DNA of 63,142 nucleotides, the filler included, from Octopus bimaculoides (lineage: Eukaryota), in NCBI RefSeq assembly GCF_001194135.2. It is 9 parts of 9 records of this genome, joined end to end, with 100 filler letters (N's around TTAATTAATTAA, not from the genome) between each part and the next. Parts side by side here need not be neighbours in the genome. Positions count along the whole stretch, not along the records: positions 24,619 to 30,663 come from NC_068988.1; positions 30,764 to 52,522 come from NC_068998.1; 7 more parts are not named here. One strand, 5' to 3'. Shown here in pieces: positions 24,619-38,662 of this stretch. Made by a program: the position numbers and the translations under genes. Under the pieces are notes generated by a model. It saw only the letters and a program-made list of their open reading frames with translations. It made no database searches and was not told the DNA's origin. Each line of letters begins with the position of its first letter. Within the stretch, counting starts at the first letter, position 1.

Positions 24619-27600
24619 TATTTTAACTTTGTGTTCTGTGAGAAATTTAAATATAAAATTATCACCAATAATCACACGTATATTAACCAATTTAGAATTC
24701 AAAATGAAATGAAATGGAAAGTGCTTATTTGTAATATTTTGTCGCGAAAATGAAAAGTGCTTATCTGTAAGATATTGTGACATAGTGTTTTGTGTGAATC
24801 GTGATTTCAGGGAGCACTTTGATAAATATAATTTTCTCATAAACAATCAAATGCATATTAACCCGTTAGAACTCATATTGAAAAGTGTTGATCACGAAAA
24901 TGAAAAGTGCTTATTTGAAATATATTTTAACTTTGTGTTCTGTGAGAAATTTAAATATAAAATTATCACCAATAATCACACGTATATTAACCAATTTAGA
25001 ATTCAAAATGAAATGAAATGGAAAGTGCTTATTTGTAATATTTTGTCGCGAAAATGAAAAGTCCTAATTTGCAATATACTGTGACTTTTGTTATGTGAGA
25101 AACCTTTTGATTTCAGTGAACACTTTGAAAAATATAATCTCCTCATCAATCATCTAACGTATATTAACACAGTAGATTTCAAAATGAAGAGTGTCCGCCG
25201 CGAAAATGAAAGGTGTTTATTGTGACTTTGTTTTATGTGAGAAACGTTGTTATTTCCGTGAACACTTTGATAAATATCATCTTCTCATCAATAATCTAAA
25301 GTATATTAGCCCATGAGATTTCAAAGTAAAGAGTGTTTGTCGCGAAAATGAAACGTGCTTATTTGCAATATATTGTGACACTGTTTTATGTGCGAAACTT
25401 TATGACTTCAGTGAACTCTTTGATAAATATAATCTTCTCAATAATCATCTAACGTATATTAACCAATTAGATTTTAAATTGAACAGTGTTTGTTGCGAAA
25501 ATGAAAAGTGCTAATTTGCAATAAATTTTGATGTTTTGTGAGAAACGTGATTTCAGTGAACTCCTTGATAAATATAATCTTCTCATAAACAATCAAATGC
25601 ATATTAATCCGTTAGAATTCATATTGAAAAGTGTTTGTCGCAAAAATGAAAAGTGCTTATTTGAAATATATTTTAACTTTGTGTTATGTGAGAAACCTTG
25701 AGAAACTTTCTGATTTCAGTGAACTCTTTGATAAATATAAAATTCTCGCCAATAATCAAACGTATATTAACCAATTAGAATTCCAAATGAAAAGTTTTCG
25801 TCGAGAAAATAAATAGTGCCTATTTGCAATATATTGTGACTTGTGAGAAACGCTGTGATTGGAGTGAACTGTTTGATAAATATAATCTTCTCATCAATAA
25901 ACTAATGTACATTAACGCAATAGATTTCAAAATGAAAAATGTTTGTCGCGAAAATGAAAAGTGCTTATTTGCAATATATTGTGACTTGGTGTTTTGTGAG
26001 AAACTTTGACATTTCAGTGAACACTTTGATAAATGTAATCTCATTATTCATCTTACTTCTAATAACCCATTAGATTTCAAAATGAAATGTGTTTGTCGCA
26101 CAAATGAAAAGTGCTTCTTTGCAATATTTTTTTATTTAGTGTTTTGTGAGAAACGTTGTGGTTTCAGTGAACTGTTTAATAAATATAATCTTCTCATCAA
26201 TAAACTAATGTACATTAACGCATTAGATTTCAAAATGAAAAATGTTTGTCGCACAAATGAAAAGTGCTTATTTGCAATATATTGTGACTTTCTGTTTTGT
26301 GAGAAACGTTGTGATTGCAGTGAACTGTTTGATAAATATAACCTTCTTATCAATAATCTAATGTACATTACCCATTAGATTTTATAGTAAACATTGTTTA
26401 TCTCGAAAATGGAAAGTGCTTATTTGCAATATATTGTGACACTGTGATGTGCGAAACTTTATGATTTCAGTGAAATCTTTGATAAATATAATCTTCTTAT
26501 TAATCATCTAACGTATATTAACCCCTTAGATGTTAAGTTGAACAGTGTTTGTCGCACAAATGAAAAGTGCTTATTTGCAATATTTTTCAACAGAATGTTT
26601 TGTGAGAAAGTTTATGGTTTCAGTGAACTGTTTGTTAAATATAATCTTCTCATCAATAATCTAATGTACATTAACGCATTAGATTTCAAAATGAAAAATG
26701 TTTGTCGCGAAAATAAATCGTACTTATTTGCAATATATTGTGACACAGTGTTATGTGAGAAACTTTGTTATTTCAGTGAACTATTTGATATATATATTCT
26801 TCTCATTATTCATCAAAGTTATACCAATATATTAGATTTCAAAATGAAAAGTGTTTATCGCACAAATGAAAAGTGCTCATTTGCAATATTTTGTGACTTA
26901 GTGTTTTGTCAGAAACGTTGTGGTTTCAGTGAACTTTTTGATAAATATAATCTTCTCATCAATAATCTAATGTACATTAACGAATTAGATTTGAAAGTAA
27001 AAAGTGCTTATTTGCAATATTTTGTGACTCAGTGTGTTTGAGAAATGTTAAGTTTTCATTGAACTGTTTGTTAAATATCATCTTCCCATCAATAATCTAA
27101 CGTGTATTAAACACAATAGATTTCAAAATAGTGTTTGTCGCGAAAATACAAAGTGCTTAATTGCAATATATTGTGACTTTGTGTTTGGTGAGAAACTTTG
27201 AGATTTCAGTAAACACGTTGATAAATATAATCTTCTCATTAATCATCTAACATACTAACCCTTTAGATTTCACAATGAAATGTATTTGTCACGAAAACAA
27301 AAAGTGCTTATTTGCAATATATTGTGACTTTGTGTTATGTGAGAAACGTTGTGATTGCAGTGAACTGTTTGATAAATATAACTTTCTTATCAATACTCTA
27401 ATGTACATTACCCACTAGATTTCAAAGTAAAAAGTGCTTGTCGCGAAAATGGAAAGTGCTTATTTGCAATATATTGTGACACTGTGTTATGTGCGAAACT
27501 TTGTGATTTCAGTGAAATCTGATAAATATAATCTTCACATTAATCATCTAACGTATATTAAACCATTAGATTTTGCAATGAAATGATTTCTCTCAAACAT

Positions 27601-30600
27601 GGATAGTGCTTATTTGCAATATTTTCTGATTTAGTCTTTCGGGAGAAACATTGTGGTTTCATTGAACTGTTTGATAAATATCATCTAATCAAAAATCTAA
27701 CGTATATTAACCCATTAGATTTCAAAATAAAATGTTTGTCGAGAAAATAAATAGTGCCTATATTGTGACTTGTGAGAAACATTGTGATTGCAGTGAATTG
27801 TTTGATAAATATAATCTTCTCGGCAATAATCTAATGCATATTAACGGATGAGATTTGAAAAGGAAAAATGTTTGTCGCGAAAATGAAAAGTGCTGTTTTG
27901 CAATATATTGTAAATTTTTCTAATCTGAGAAACGTTTTGAATTCAGTGAACACTTTGCTAAATATAATGTTCTCGTGTTAATTCAGTGAACTATTTGATA
28001 AATATATTCTTCTCATTATTCATCTAACTTATACTAACACATTAGATGTTTGTCGCGAAAATGAAAAGTGCTTTATTGCAATATATTGTGACTTGGTGTT
28101 TTGTGAGAAAATTTGAGATTTCAGTGAACTTTTTGATAAATATAATCTTCTCATTAATAATATAACTTCTATTAACCCATTAGATTTCAAAGTAAAAAGT
28201 GTTTGTCGCGAAAAATGAAACGTGCTTATTTGCAATATATTGTGATTTTGTGTTATGTGAGAAACATTGTGATTGCAGTGAACTGTTTGATAAATATAAT
28301 CTTCTCATCAATAATCTAATGTATATTAAGGCATTAGATTATAAAATGAAAAATGTTTGTCGCGAAAATGAAAAGTGCTTTTTTGCAATATATATTGACA
28401 CAGTGTTATGTGCGAGACTTTGTGATTTCAGTGAGCTATTTGATAAATATAATCTTCTCATTATTCATCTAACTTATACTATCACATTAGATTTCAAAAT
28501 AAAGTGTTTGACGCGATAATAAAAAGTGCGTATTTGCAATATATTGTGACTTAATGTTTTGTGAGAAACGATGTGGTTTAAGTGAACTGTTTGATAAATA
28601 TCATCTTCTCATCAATAGTTTAACCCAATAGATTTCAAAATGAAAAGTGCTTGTCGCACAAATAAAAAGTGCTTATTTGCAATATTTTGTGACTTAATGT
28701 TTTTTAAGAAACGATGTGGTTTCAGTGAACATTTTGATAAATATAATCTTCTCATCAATAATCTGATGTACATTAACGGATTAGATTTCGAAGTAAAACG
28801 TATTTGTCGTACAAATAAAAAGTGCTTATTTGTAATATTTTGTGACTTAGTGTTTTTGAGAAACGTTAAGGTTTCAGTGAACTGTTTGCTAAATATCATT
28901 TTCTCATCAATAATCTAACGAATATTGCCACATCAGATTTCAAAATAGTGTTTGTCGCGAAATTAAAAAGTGCTTAATAACAATATATTGTGACGTTGTG
29001 TTTTGTGAGAAACTTTGAGATTTTAGTAAACTCTTTGATACATATAATTTTCTCATTATTCATCTAACTTATATTAACCCATTAGATTTCAAAATTAAAA
29101 TTGTTTGTCCACAAATGAAAAATGCTTATTTGCAATATTTTGTGACTTAGTACTTTATGAGAAACGTTGTGATTTCATTGGACTGTTTGATAAGTATCAT
29201 CTTCTCATCAATAATCTAATGTATATTAACCCATTAGATTTCAAAATTAAGTGTTTGTCGCGAAAATAAAAAATGCTTATTTGCAATATATTGTAACATT
29301 TTGTTATATGAGAAACATTGAGCTTTCTGTGAACTCTTTGATAAACATAATCTTCTTAATAATCATCTAACATACTAACCCTTTAGATTTCATAATGAAA
29401 TGTATTTGTCGCAAAAATGGAAGGTGCTTATTTGCAATATATTGTAACTTTTTGTAATCTGAGAAACGTTATGAATTCAGTGAACTCTTTGTTAATTATA
29501 ATGTTCTCATCAATAATCTAACTTATATTAACACATTAGATTTCAAAATGAAATGTGTTTCTCGCACAAATGAAAAATGCTTATTTGCAATATTTTTTTA
29601 CTTAATGTTTTGTGAGAAACCTTGTGGTTTCAGTGAACTGTGTGATAAATATCAACTTCTCATCAATAATCTAATGTATATTAACCCATTAGATTTCAAA
29701 ACACAGTGTTTGTCGCGAAAATAAAAACTGCTTATATTGTGATTTTCTGTTTTGCCAAAAATTTGCGATTTCAGTGAACTCGTTGATAAATATAATTTTC
29801 TCATCAATCATCTAACTTATATTAACCGATTAGGTTTCAAAATGAAAAGTCTTTCTTGCAAAATTGAAAAGTATCTTAATGTGTGAAAAGACACAAAAAC
29901 AACACGAAATTTTCATTTGGGGAAATGTTTCTATTTTTCATGCTTATTTGCAACTTTTTGTGATTTTCTGTTTTTCCACAAAATTTGTGATTTCAGTGAA
30001 ATCTTTGATAAATATAATCTTCTCATCAATTATCTAAATCATATTAAACCATTAGACTTCAAAATGAAAGGTGTTTCTTGCAAAAATGAAAAGTATCTTA
30101 ATGTGTGAAAAGACGAAAAAACACGAAATTTTAAAATGCAAAATTTTTGTTTTTCATGCTTATTTGCAACCATTTGTGACATTTGCCACAATTTTTGTGA
30201 TTTCAGTGAATTCTTTGATAAATATAATCTTCTCATCAATCCTCAACTTATATTAACACATTAGATTTCAAATTGAAAAGTGTTTCTTGCAAAGTGTTTC
30301 TAGCCTGTATTGAACCACTAGACATCAAAATGAAAAGTGTTTCTCGCAAAAATGAAAACTATCTAAAAGTGTCAAAAAACGACTGGAAAACACGAAATCC
30401 GCATTTTCAAATTTTGTCGTTTCTCATGCATATTCCAAAAATTTTGTGAGTTTGAGTTTTGTGAAAAAGGTTGTGACTTCGAGGAATTCCTTGATAAATA
30501 TAAGGATTTCATCAACCATCTAGCCTATATTAACCCATTAGACTTCAAAATGAAGAGTGGGTTTTGCAAAAATGAAAACTATCTAAAAGTGTCAAAAAAC

Positions 30601-30663
30601 AACTGGAAAACACGAAATTCGAATTTTCAAGATTTGTTGGTTTTTCATGGTTATTTGCAAAAT
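24619..30663. repeat. AT-rich tandem satellite, ~150-153 bp monomer, roughly 38-40 copies, gaps on both sides
   Basis: GTTTGTCGC(G/A)...AATGAAAAGTGCTTATTTGCAATAT...TTCAGTGAAC...TTGATAAATATAATCTTCTC...ATTAGATTTCAAAATGAA recurs (e.g. 25941, 26091, 26244, 26547). Confidence 0.97.
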
Positions 30664-32409
30664 NNNNNNNNNNNNNNNNNNNNNNNNNNNNNNNNNNNNN
30701 NNNNNNNTTAATTAATTAANNNNNNNNNNNNNNNNNNNNNNNNNNNNNNNNNNNNNNNNNNNNATATATATATATATACATACACCACCCTCTAACAACT
30801 ATATGCATACCCAAATGCATACACATTCATGTATTCATTTTTTGTAACGTTATCCTGTTTCTGTTGTATTCATCAATTATGGTATGGTAGCAGTTCGATA
30901 AATAAAGCTCAAAAGTATATGTGTAGGCTGAAATAAGATCTGGAGTCAATATAATCGACTGGACTTTTCAAGGTACTACTTAACAATTAAAGCAGTCCAA
31001 TAAAAAACAAAACAAAACAAAACAGGCAAAATGTAGAGTATAATATGCATAAAGTGTTTGCCATTTATACAAAACTATACAATAATAAATAGTCTTACGT
31101 CCTGCATTCATTAATAAATAAAGAAGACATTAGATGGATGAAAAAGAGAAAGGAGAATTCGTAGAGAGGAGGAATGAGAGCAAAGAAAGTTAAAGAAAGA
31201 GATATAGGGACTTCTACATGGTCGCTTGCTCTAAAAGAAATAGCTTCAAAATGTACCTCAAAACATACCCAACCACCTTCAAAAAGTTGGATAAAGCAAT
31301 TTCGGGTACACTGTTGGAAAAAGATATGTGGATGTTCATAGCTCATCAGAGTAGCTACAGAGATATGCAACAGCAACAATAACAATAACAACAAAAACAA
31401 ACACAACAAGAACTGTTTGGATAAATTTGAGTGGTGTAGGTCACGCACATTTATACAAGAATTTCAAAAACCTTTAACTTAAATAACCTTCGTCTATTTT
31501 GACAACAGCTTCAATCATTTAATGATGTGTACTTTATTAGTAAGGAAAGGACTGGTCAATAGGAATAAAGAACACCTGTACAACGAATTTCTGATACCGA
31601 CATTTTGGCTTTGAAGAATTGTACATTCTAAACGATGATTGTCATAATATGTCAGAACTGAGGTCAAGACAATCCCAGCATTAACCGCCCTGTCTTTTCT
31701 TCGGGGTTACTAAATCTAATAAGTTGTATGTGATTTGAAGACGATGCTGCTGTTATTTCAATGGTATGGCAGTCCCCTTATTGATTTTATATTGATATTT
31801 TTCTTTAAGTATCCACTCCCTGAAGAAGGCGCCAGGATGTATGAAATGGAGGTAGCTAATCCATACTGTTCATTTTTCAACTTTACTGTTTGTTCACTGT
31901 TGCATTATGGCTTCATATACCCTCAACGTGTAGAGGATGCTGCTGTTGTTCTATAGACAATTTGACTCTGATCAAACAGATCTATGATTAAAATCATCCT
32001 TGCCATAACATTCCAGCCCATTTTTTATTGAAATATTGTGTTTTTTTTATTAAAAACCAAACAATCCTATTTAAAAAAAAAAAAGATAACTGAATGAACG
32101 TAGAGAGAAATTTCGGTACAATTTCTAACATAATGAGCAACATTTTGAAAGTTTGATACTAGTATAAGTTTATACCAATAGTAGTGTATTTAGATGGTAT
32201 CTTTCTAGATTTAGCAGATAATTCAGTTTTCTATGGACTTGATAACTTCATATTTCTAGGAGAGAAAAGTATTATAACCAAATCGATCCATTATAGAACT
32301 TCTAGTCCATATTGATATATATTTCAGAGTTCAACTTAATTCTATAAGATGTATTACACCTATTTGTAAGCACAAATTTTTAATGAATTTCCTGGAGATT
32401 CTATCTTTT

Positions 32410-32803
32410 ATTTTTTATTTGTTTCAGTCATTTGACTGCGGCCATTCTGGGCATAGCCTTGAAGAATTTTTAGTCGAATGAATCGACCACAGTACTTTTT
32501 TTTCTGTTTTTTTTTTTAAAGCCTGGTACTTATTCTATCGGTTAATTTTGCCGAACCACTAGGATACGCGGATGTAAACACGACAACATCGGTTATCAAG
32601 TGACGGTGGAATACACATACACATACACATACACATATATGACGGGCTTCTTTCAGTTGCCGTCTACCAAATCCCAACACAAGGCTTTGATCGGCCCGAA
32701 GCTATAGTTGAAAACACTTGCCCAAGGTGTCACAAAGGAATTGAACCGAGAACTCCGTGCTTGGGAAGCAAACTTCTTATCAAATAGCTCACGCCCGCAC
32801 CTA
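32410..32803 (-). mobile_element. SINE family A, full length, degenerate
   Basis: Reverse complement of head, body, internal (CA/TA)n and the CAGTCAAATGACTGAAAC tail. Confidence 0.88.
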
Positions 32804-33729
32804 TGTTTGTGTTGTATATTTTTGTGGTAGACGAACTATCAAATATTTTAGAGATCGAAAAATATGTATGAGTAATTATAAGTGACTTCTCACTGCAAAT
32901 ATGTTTTATCGTAAAACATCAGGGTGTATAACAGTCATTATGCATTTGCAAACATGAAACGGCGCTTGTCATATTGTCTTCCAGCAAATTTCTAAAGCGC
33001 GCTACGTGGTTCAAAAAACTAGTCTGAGAAAAAATATTACAGCTATTACCGTTCCACGTTCATATAGACATTATAAATGTTATACAAACTGATGTTGTAA
33101 CCTAAGGCTGTTTCAAGTATGTATATTAATTTTATTCTATTGGTTGGCAGTAAAAGACAATCAGTGTAGAAAAAGAAACAATGACGTGGATATGTTGAAG
33201 AGGGACTTCAACTTGCTAGGAAGTGACTTACGCACTTGGTTTCATGACCATTCTCTGCGACACATGTAGAATGAGACATGCAGGATCCAGTCATGAAACT
33301 GCAAAGAACTGCCGCTGACCCGGTTATAGTTTTGAGTAGTGCATTCGGTAGTATGACCGTCATGCGTAGCTCTTCTTCGTCTACTGGTTCAGGTGTTGAG
33401 ATCTGTTGTAATTATCATCTGCTTGTTCCACCGTTGGTAGTCTTTGGGGGTCGGTCGCGTTTAGTCTGGGTCCTTGTCCTCAATCTTGCCGCCAAGAGTG
33501 GCTCTACCATGAGTTTAGAACTCGCGACGGCATCGCTCTCGGAATCATTGGTCCAAGCAAGCCTCTCCACTTCGAGTAGGAGCAATCATCAGAGGGGAAT
33601 TTCTTTTCTTCTATTATATGTGCGTAAAAGAGATATGTAGTAAAGATTGCTTTATGTAAGTTAAAAAAGCAAAAAAAAAAACAAAAAAATAAACGACATT
33701 TATGATATCTCATGACTAGTAATCATATT

Positions 33730-33872
33730 GGTTTCAAATTTTAGCACAAGGCCAGAAATTTCAGGGAAAAAGATAAGTCGATTGCATCGACCCCAGTATC
33801 GAACCGATACTTGAACTAGCATTGAACCGACTCCGGAACGATGAAAGGCAAAATCAACTTCGACGGAATGAT
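33730..33872 (-). mobile_element. SINE family B, 5'-truncated
   Basis: Core and tail present. Perfect 13-bp TSD TAGTAATCATATT at 33717-33729 and 33873-33885. Confidence 0.88.
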
Positions 33873-34102
33873 TAGTAATCATATTATCACGTTTTCAAGT
33901 ATTCTTTGACTTACTGCTTCTGTAAATAACAGAATATAAATCAGGGTCAGAGTTCAGGATCAAAGAAGTGACAGCTTCAGGCGCTAAATAGAAATATGTT
34001 GGAACTGCAAGTTTTTAACTGCATCCACAGCAATCCTTGCTATTTGTAATAACTACATGAAACATGATGCTGTTTAGCAGTAATTCATCTATGATCGGAC
34101 AC

Positions 34103-34136
<34 letters not shown>

Positions 34137-35368
34137 TTTTCTATTTATCTATTTTTCTATTTATCTCCCCTCTCTCTCTGTATATATATTCATGTATATG
34201 AATGTATATATGTATATATATATGTATATATAAAAGATAATAAGAGTGAAAAAACTACGGAAGGCTTGTGTTACATGGTTAAAATATATATTTAAATTAT
34301 GTCAGAAAAATGTAAGAAAGATGTTAGAAAAATGTTATAAAATCTTTTTGGTATATAAACATTGTATTTTGAGAAATTATGTATATATATATATGTAAAT
34401 ATACATATATATATATGCATATATATGTCTATATATATATATATATGTCTATATATATATGTATATATATATNNNNNNNNNNNNNNNNNNNNNNNNNNNN
34501 NNNNNNNNNNNNNNNNNNNNNNNNNNNNNNNNNNNNNNNNNNNNNNNNNNNNNNNNNNNNNNNNNNNNNNNNNNNNNNNNNNNNNNNNNNNNNNNNNNNN
34601 NNNNNNNNNNNNNNNNNNNNNNNNNNNNNNNNNNNNNNNNNNNNNNNNNNNNNNNNNNNNNNNNNNNNNNNNNNNNNNNNNNNNNNNNNNNNNNNNNNNN
34701 NNNNNNNNNNNNNNNNNNNNNNNNNNNNNNNNNNNNNNNNNNNNNNNNNNNNNNNNNNNNNNNNNNNNNNNNNNNNNNNNNNNNNNNNNNNNNNNNNNNN
34801 NNNNNNNNNNNNNNNNNNNNNNNNNNNNNNNNNNNNNNNNNNNNNNNNNNNNNNNNNNNNNNNNNNNNNNNNNNNNNNNNNNNNNNNNNNNNNNNNNNNN
34901 NNNNNNNNNNNNNNNNNNNNNNNNNNNNNNNNNNNNNNNNNNNNNNNNNNNNNNNNNNNNNNNNNNNNNNNNNNNNNNNNNNNNNNNNNNNNNNNNNNNN
35001 NNNNNNNNNNNNNNNNNNNNNNNNNNNNNNNNNNNNNNNNNNNNNNNNNNNNNNNNNNNNNNNNNNNNNNNNNNNNNNNNNNNNNNNNNNNNNNNNNNNN
35101 NNNNNNNNNNNNNNNNNNNNNNNNNNNNNNNNNNNNNNNNNNNNNNNNNNNNNNNNNNNNNNNNNNNNNNNNNNNNNNNNNNNNNNNNNNNNNNNNNNNN
35201 NNNNNNNNNNNNNNNNNNNNNNNNNNNNNNNNNNNNNNNNNNNNNNNNNNNNNNNNNNNNNNNNNNNNNNNNNNNNNNNNNNNNNNNNNNNNNNNNNNNN
35301 NNNNNNNNNNNNNNNNNNNNNNNNNNNNNNNNNNNNNNNNNNNNNNNNNNNNNNNNNNNNNNNNNNNN

Positions 35369-35400
<32 letters not shown>

Positions 35401-36724
35401 GCCGCCGATCGCAGTACATTTGTTTGCATGTTTGTAGTTTCGAATAATACCGTCCCGCTAGTTAGTCAGGCAAACCAACACAACACAGACACATACAAAA
35501 ATATACATATATGTGTGTACACACAAACACACACACACACACATATATATATACTTTATATGTATGGATGAGGCGCGTGTGCGTGTGTGTGCGTGGTATC
35601 CTTGAAAAAAGACAGAATAGCTGCGTTTTCAACCTTGTCGATAATGGGTTTGTTCAGTCATGATTGAGGTTGCATTAAAGAACAATCATATGACGTGGAA
35701 TACATTAAATGAATGCGTTTTAATATCACGATTTATTGTATGACTACTGATGGTGGAAAACAAAATCATAGAAATGCTTATAATGAAGAGTGTAGAAACT
35801 GTTGTTATATAAATTCATGCGCAGAACAGAATTTCATTTTCTCACAATGCAAACAATCGATTAAGATTTAATCATGAGTTATCGCCTCTAATGATGCCAC
35901 TTGTTCTTATTTGCAAGCATCAACATTAAATTTAAATAAAACAAAAATATCTATCATAGGTTGATCTTTATTTATTTTTTTTTTCATGTGTTCATTTCAT
36001 CAATATTTCTGGCTCTACAACAATAAATGTAAATCGACTTGTAACTGTCATAAAAATTCCATTGAACTTTGAAACCAGATTTTCAATATATTCTATGAAT
36101 AAAATGCAGATTAACATCTAGTAATTATTTTCATATCACAAGGAGAAATGAGCGTTCCTATTTTATTTGTAGCACACTTTTTCTTTTTTTGTATTAAACA
36201 ACACATCGTTGTTAGTGGTTTATTAAACATTTCTCTAATTATCTCTTGCTGAAAAATAACATGATATAAAAAGAGGAAATGAAAAAAAATACTTGCAAAC
36301 TTTTTAGGTAATTTCACTCAGAAGTTTTGGCATTTATTGACATTTTTTAAAATTATGTTTATGAAGAATTACATTGGTAAGGAGAAAATGATTAGAGAAA
36401 GAGAATGTTGTATTTTAGATGTCATATTTGCAAGGACGCCGCCGCTCATTAGTCATTACACTTATGCAGTTGGAGATGGTGATGAGGAAGAGAAGTTATA
36501 CAGAAAATGTATGAGTCAAGCATATATGAGTCATGGAGTTGTTTTTAGAATAAAGAAACTAAAGACAGAAATATCATCGAACACACACACACACACACAC
36601 ACATAACACACACACACATACACATACACATACACATATACACACACGCACGCTCGAACACACACACGCACGCACACACATTCACACAATCATATACATG
36701 TAGTGCGCGCATACACACATGTGT

Positions 36725-36779
<55 letters not shown>

Positions 36780-36882
36780 TACATGTATGTATACTGTATG
36801 TATTATATTATTTAGTATAAATCAATATATATGTATAAATATATATGTTTACACACACACACATATATATATATAATCAAGA

Positions 36883-36933
<51 letters not shown>

Positions 36934-38089
36934 AGCTGTCTACAGTATTAACAATCTGTTGACGTTAACAATAACGGATCATGCATTAAGCAGCTATAAA
37001 GTAGCTGGTTCAATTTCCAGTTATGTATAACCGAGACATTACAGATTACTATTTTTACCATTTTCTATATCTGCTATTTCATTTCGTCCATGTTCTCATT
37101 GATTAGACAATCTGCTCTATCACATTCAACACTATGCCAAAAGAGTCATATTGCTGGCACCATCTTGGCTGCTGTATATATTGGTTAAGCTGGCAGAGGT
37201 GATCAAGTGACATGAAACTACTTAACCAGGCTCCAGTTCCTGAATTGATCATTTTAGCTATATTATTTATTGATCCCATGAGGATGAAAGCACGCTAAAG
37301 CATCACTTAGCAGAATGCTAGCTAGAATATTTTAAATTCATGTATGAATATAAAAATAGTACGCTACATTTACAAAATCTGGTCATGAAAATTTAACGTC
37401 ATAGACTCTAGGTTTTATTCTAAAGAGGTATATGCTGTTGTTATTATATAAATTCACCTAGTGTAGCACTTTATGCAATATATACATTAGCATGTCTTCA
37501 GTAATGGTTTTTGGCTAAAAACCCATGTTGACAATAAATGCAATCACATCACTAAATGGGCGATTAGAGCTGACTATTAACTTTACTGTGAGGCCTTGTA
37601 CTTTCTATCATTTAATTCACATTAGGTTACATGTACTCGAAATTTTTGCATTCTCTTTTAGATATAAATTCAAATCCCTCGTAGATATTTTTTTCAAAAA
37701 TCTGACTCACAGAATAAAGGTTTAAACCATAAATCTTAACGAAAATTATAGCAAGTATTATGTATGATTTCTAGAGATATTACTTACATTGTAAGATTAA
37801 GTGACCAGTTCCTTCTATAATTTACAGTTATTTATGTAACATAAAAACAAACTTCCATAACCCACACTGCGATTATTGTTGCACTTTTCCACTTAAGAAA
37901 GAACACTTACTGGGTCCAGACTACTTAACTAGAAATAGACTTCATGGTGACACTCAGATAAGTGATTTAAGAAGTAGAATCATTCTATGTAAATATGGTG
38001 TGTGTTCAGATCTTATAGCAATGGGCGCAAATTTCTTACGGATATCTCGAGAAAATATGATACAATATATAATATTGTTACTGAAATTA

Positions 38090-38512
38090 AAGGCGGCGAA
38101 CAAGCAGAATCTTTAACACACCGTGTAAAATACATAGCAGCATTTCGTACATCTTTAGCTTGTGATTTCAAATTCCGCCGAGGCCGACTTTGCCTTTCAT
38201 CCCTTTGGAGTCGGCAAAATAAATATCGGTTGAACAATGGAGTCGATATAATCGACTTACCCACTCACACGAAATTGTTGGCCTAGTGTCAAAATTTGAA
38301 ACCAAAGGCTAGCATAGTCGTTAGATCGTCGGGCAAAACGCTTAGCAGTATTTCCTCCGTCTTCATACTTTGAGTTCAATTTCCGCCTAGTCGCCTTTGC
38401 CTTTCATCCCCTCGGAGTCATTAAAATAAGACCAGTTGAATACTGAGATCGATGTAACCGACTTACCCTCCTCTAAAATTGCTGGCCCTGTGCCAAGATT
38501 TGAAGCCATTAT
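38090..38512 (+). mobile_element. Two head-to-tail SINE family B copies
   Basis: Copies at about 38090-38305 and 38308-38512, each with the GCCTTTCATCC core and a TTTGAA(A/G)CC tail. Confidence 0.85.
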
Positions 38513-38625
38513 TGAAAATATGATAGGACACTGGTGTGGTAAAACGTGTAGATTGATCTTCAAAAGATTCTGTGGTATTTAGTTTCCACTCTTTAGATTC
38601 CAAGTTCACCTTCCACTTTTCATAA

Positions 38626-38662
<37 letters not shown>

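Noticed and set aside
24619-30663. Satellite as a CRISPR-like repeat-spacer array
   Set aside because: Whole monomers are homologous end to end; there are no unique spacers and no cas-like genes, and the context is eukaryotic.
31819-31860. CTGAAGA...GAAA hammerhead-like spacing
   Set aside because: Stem II and stem III do not close; the same applies to CTGATGA near 33590 (minus strand), which lacks GAAA.
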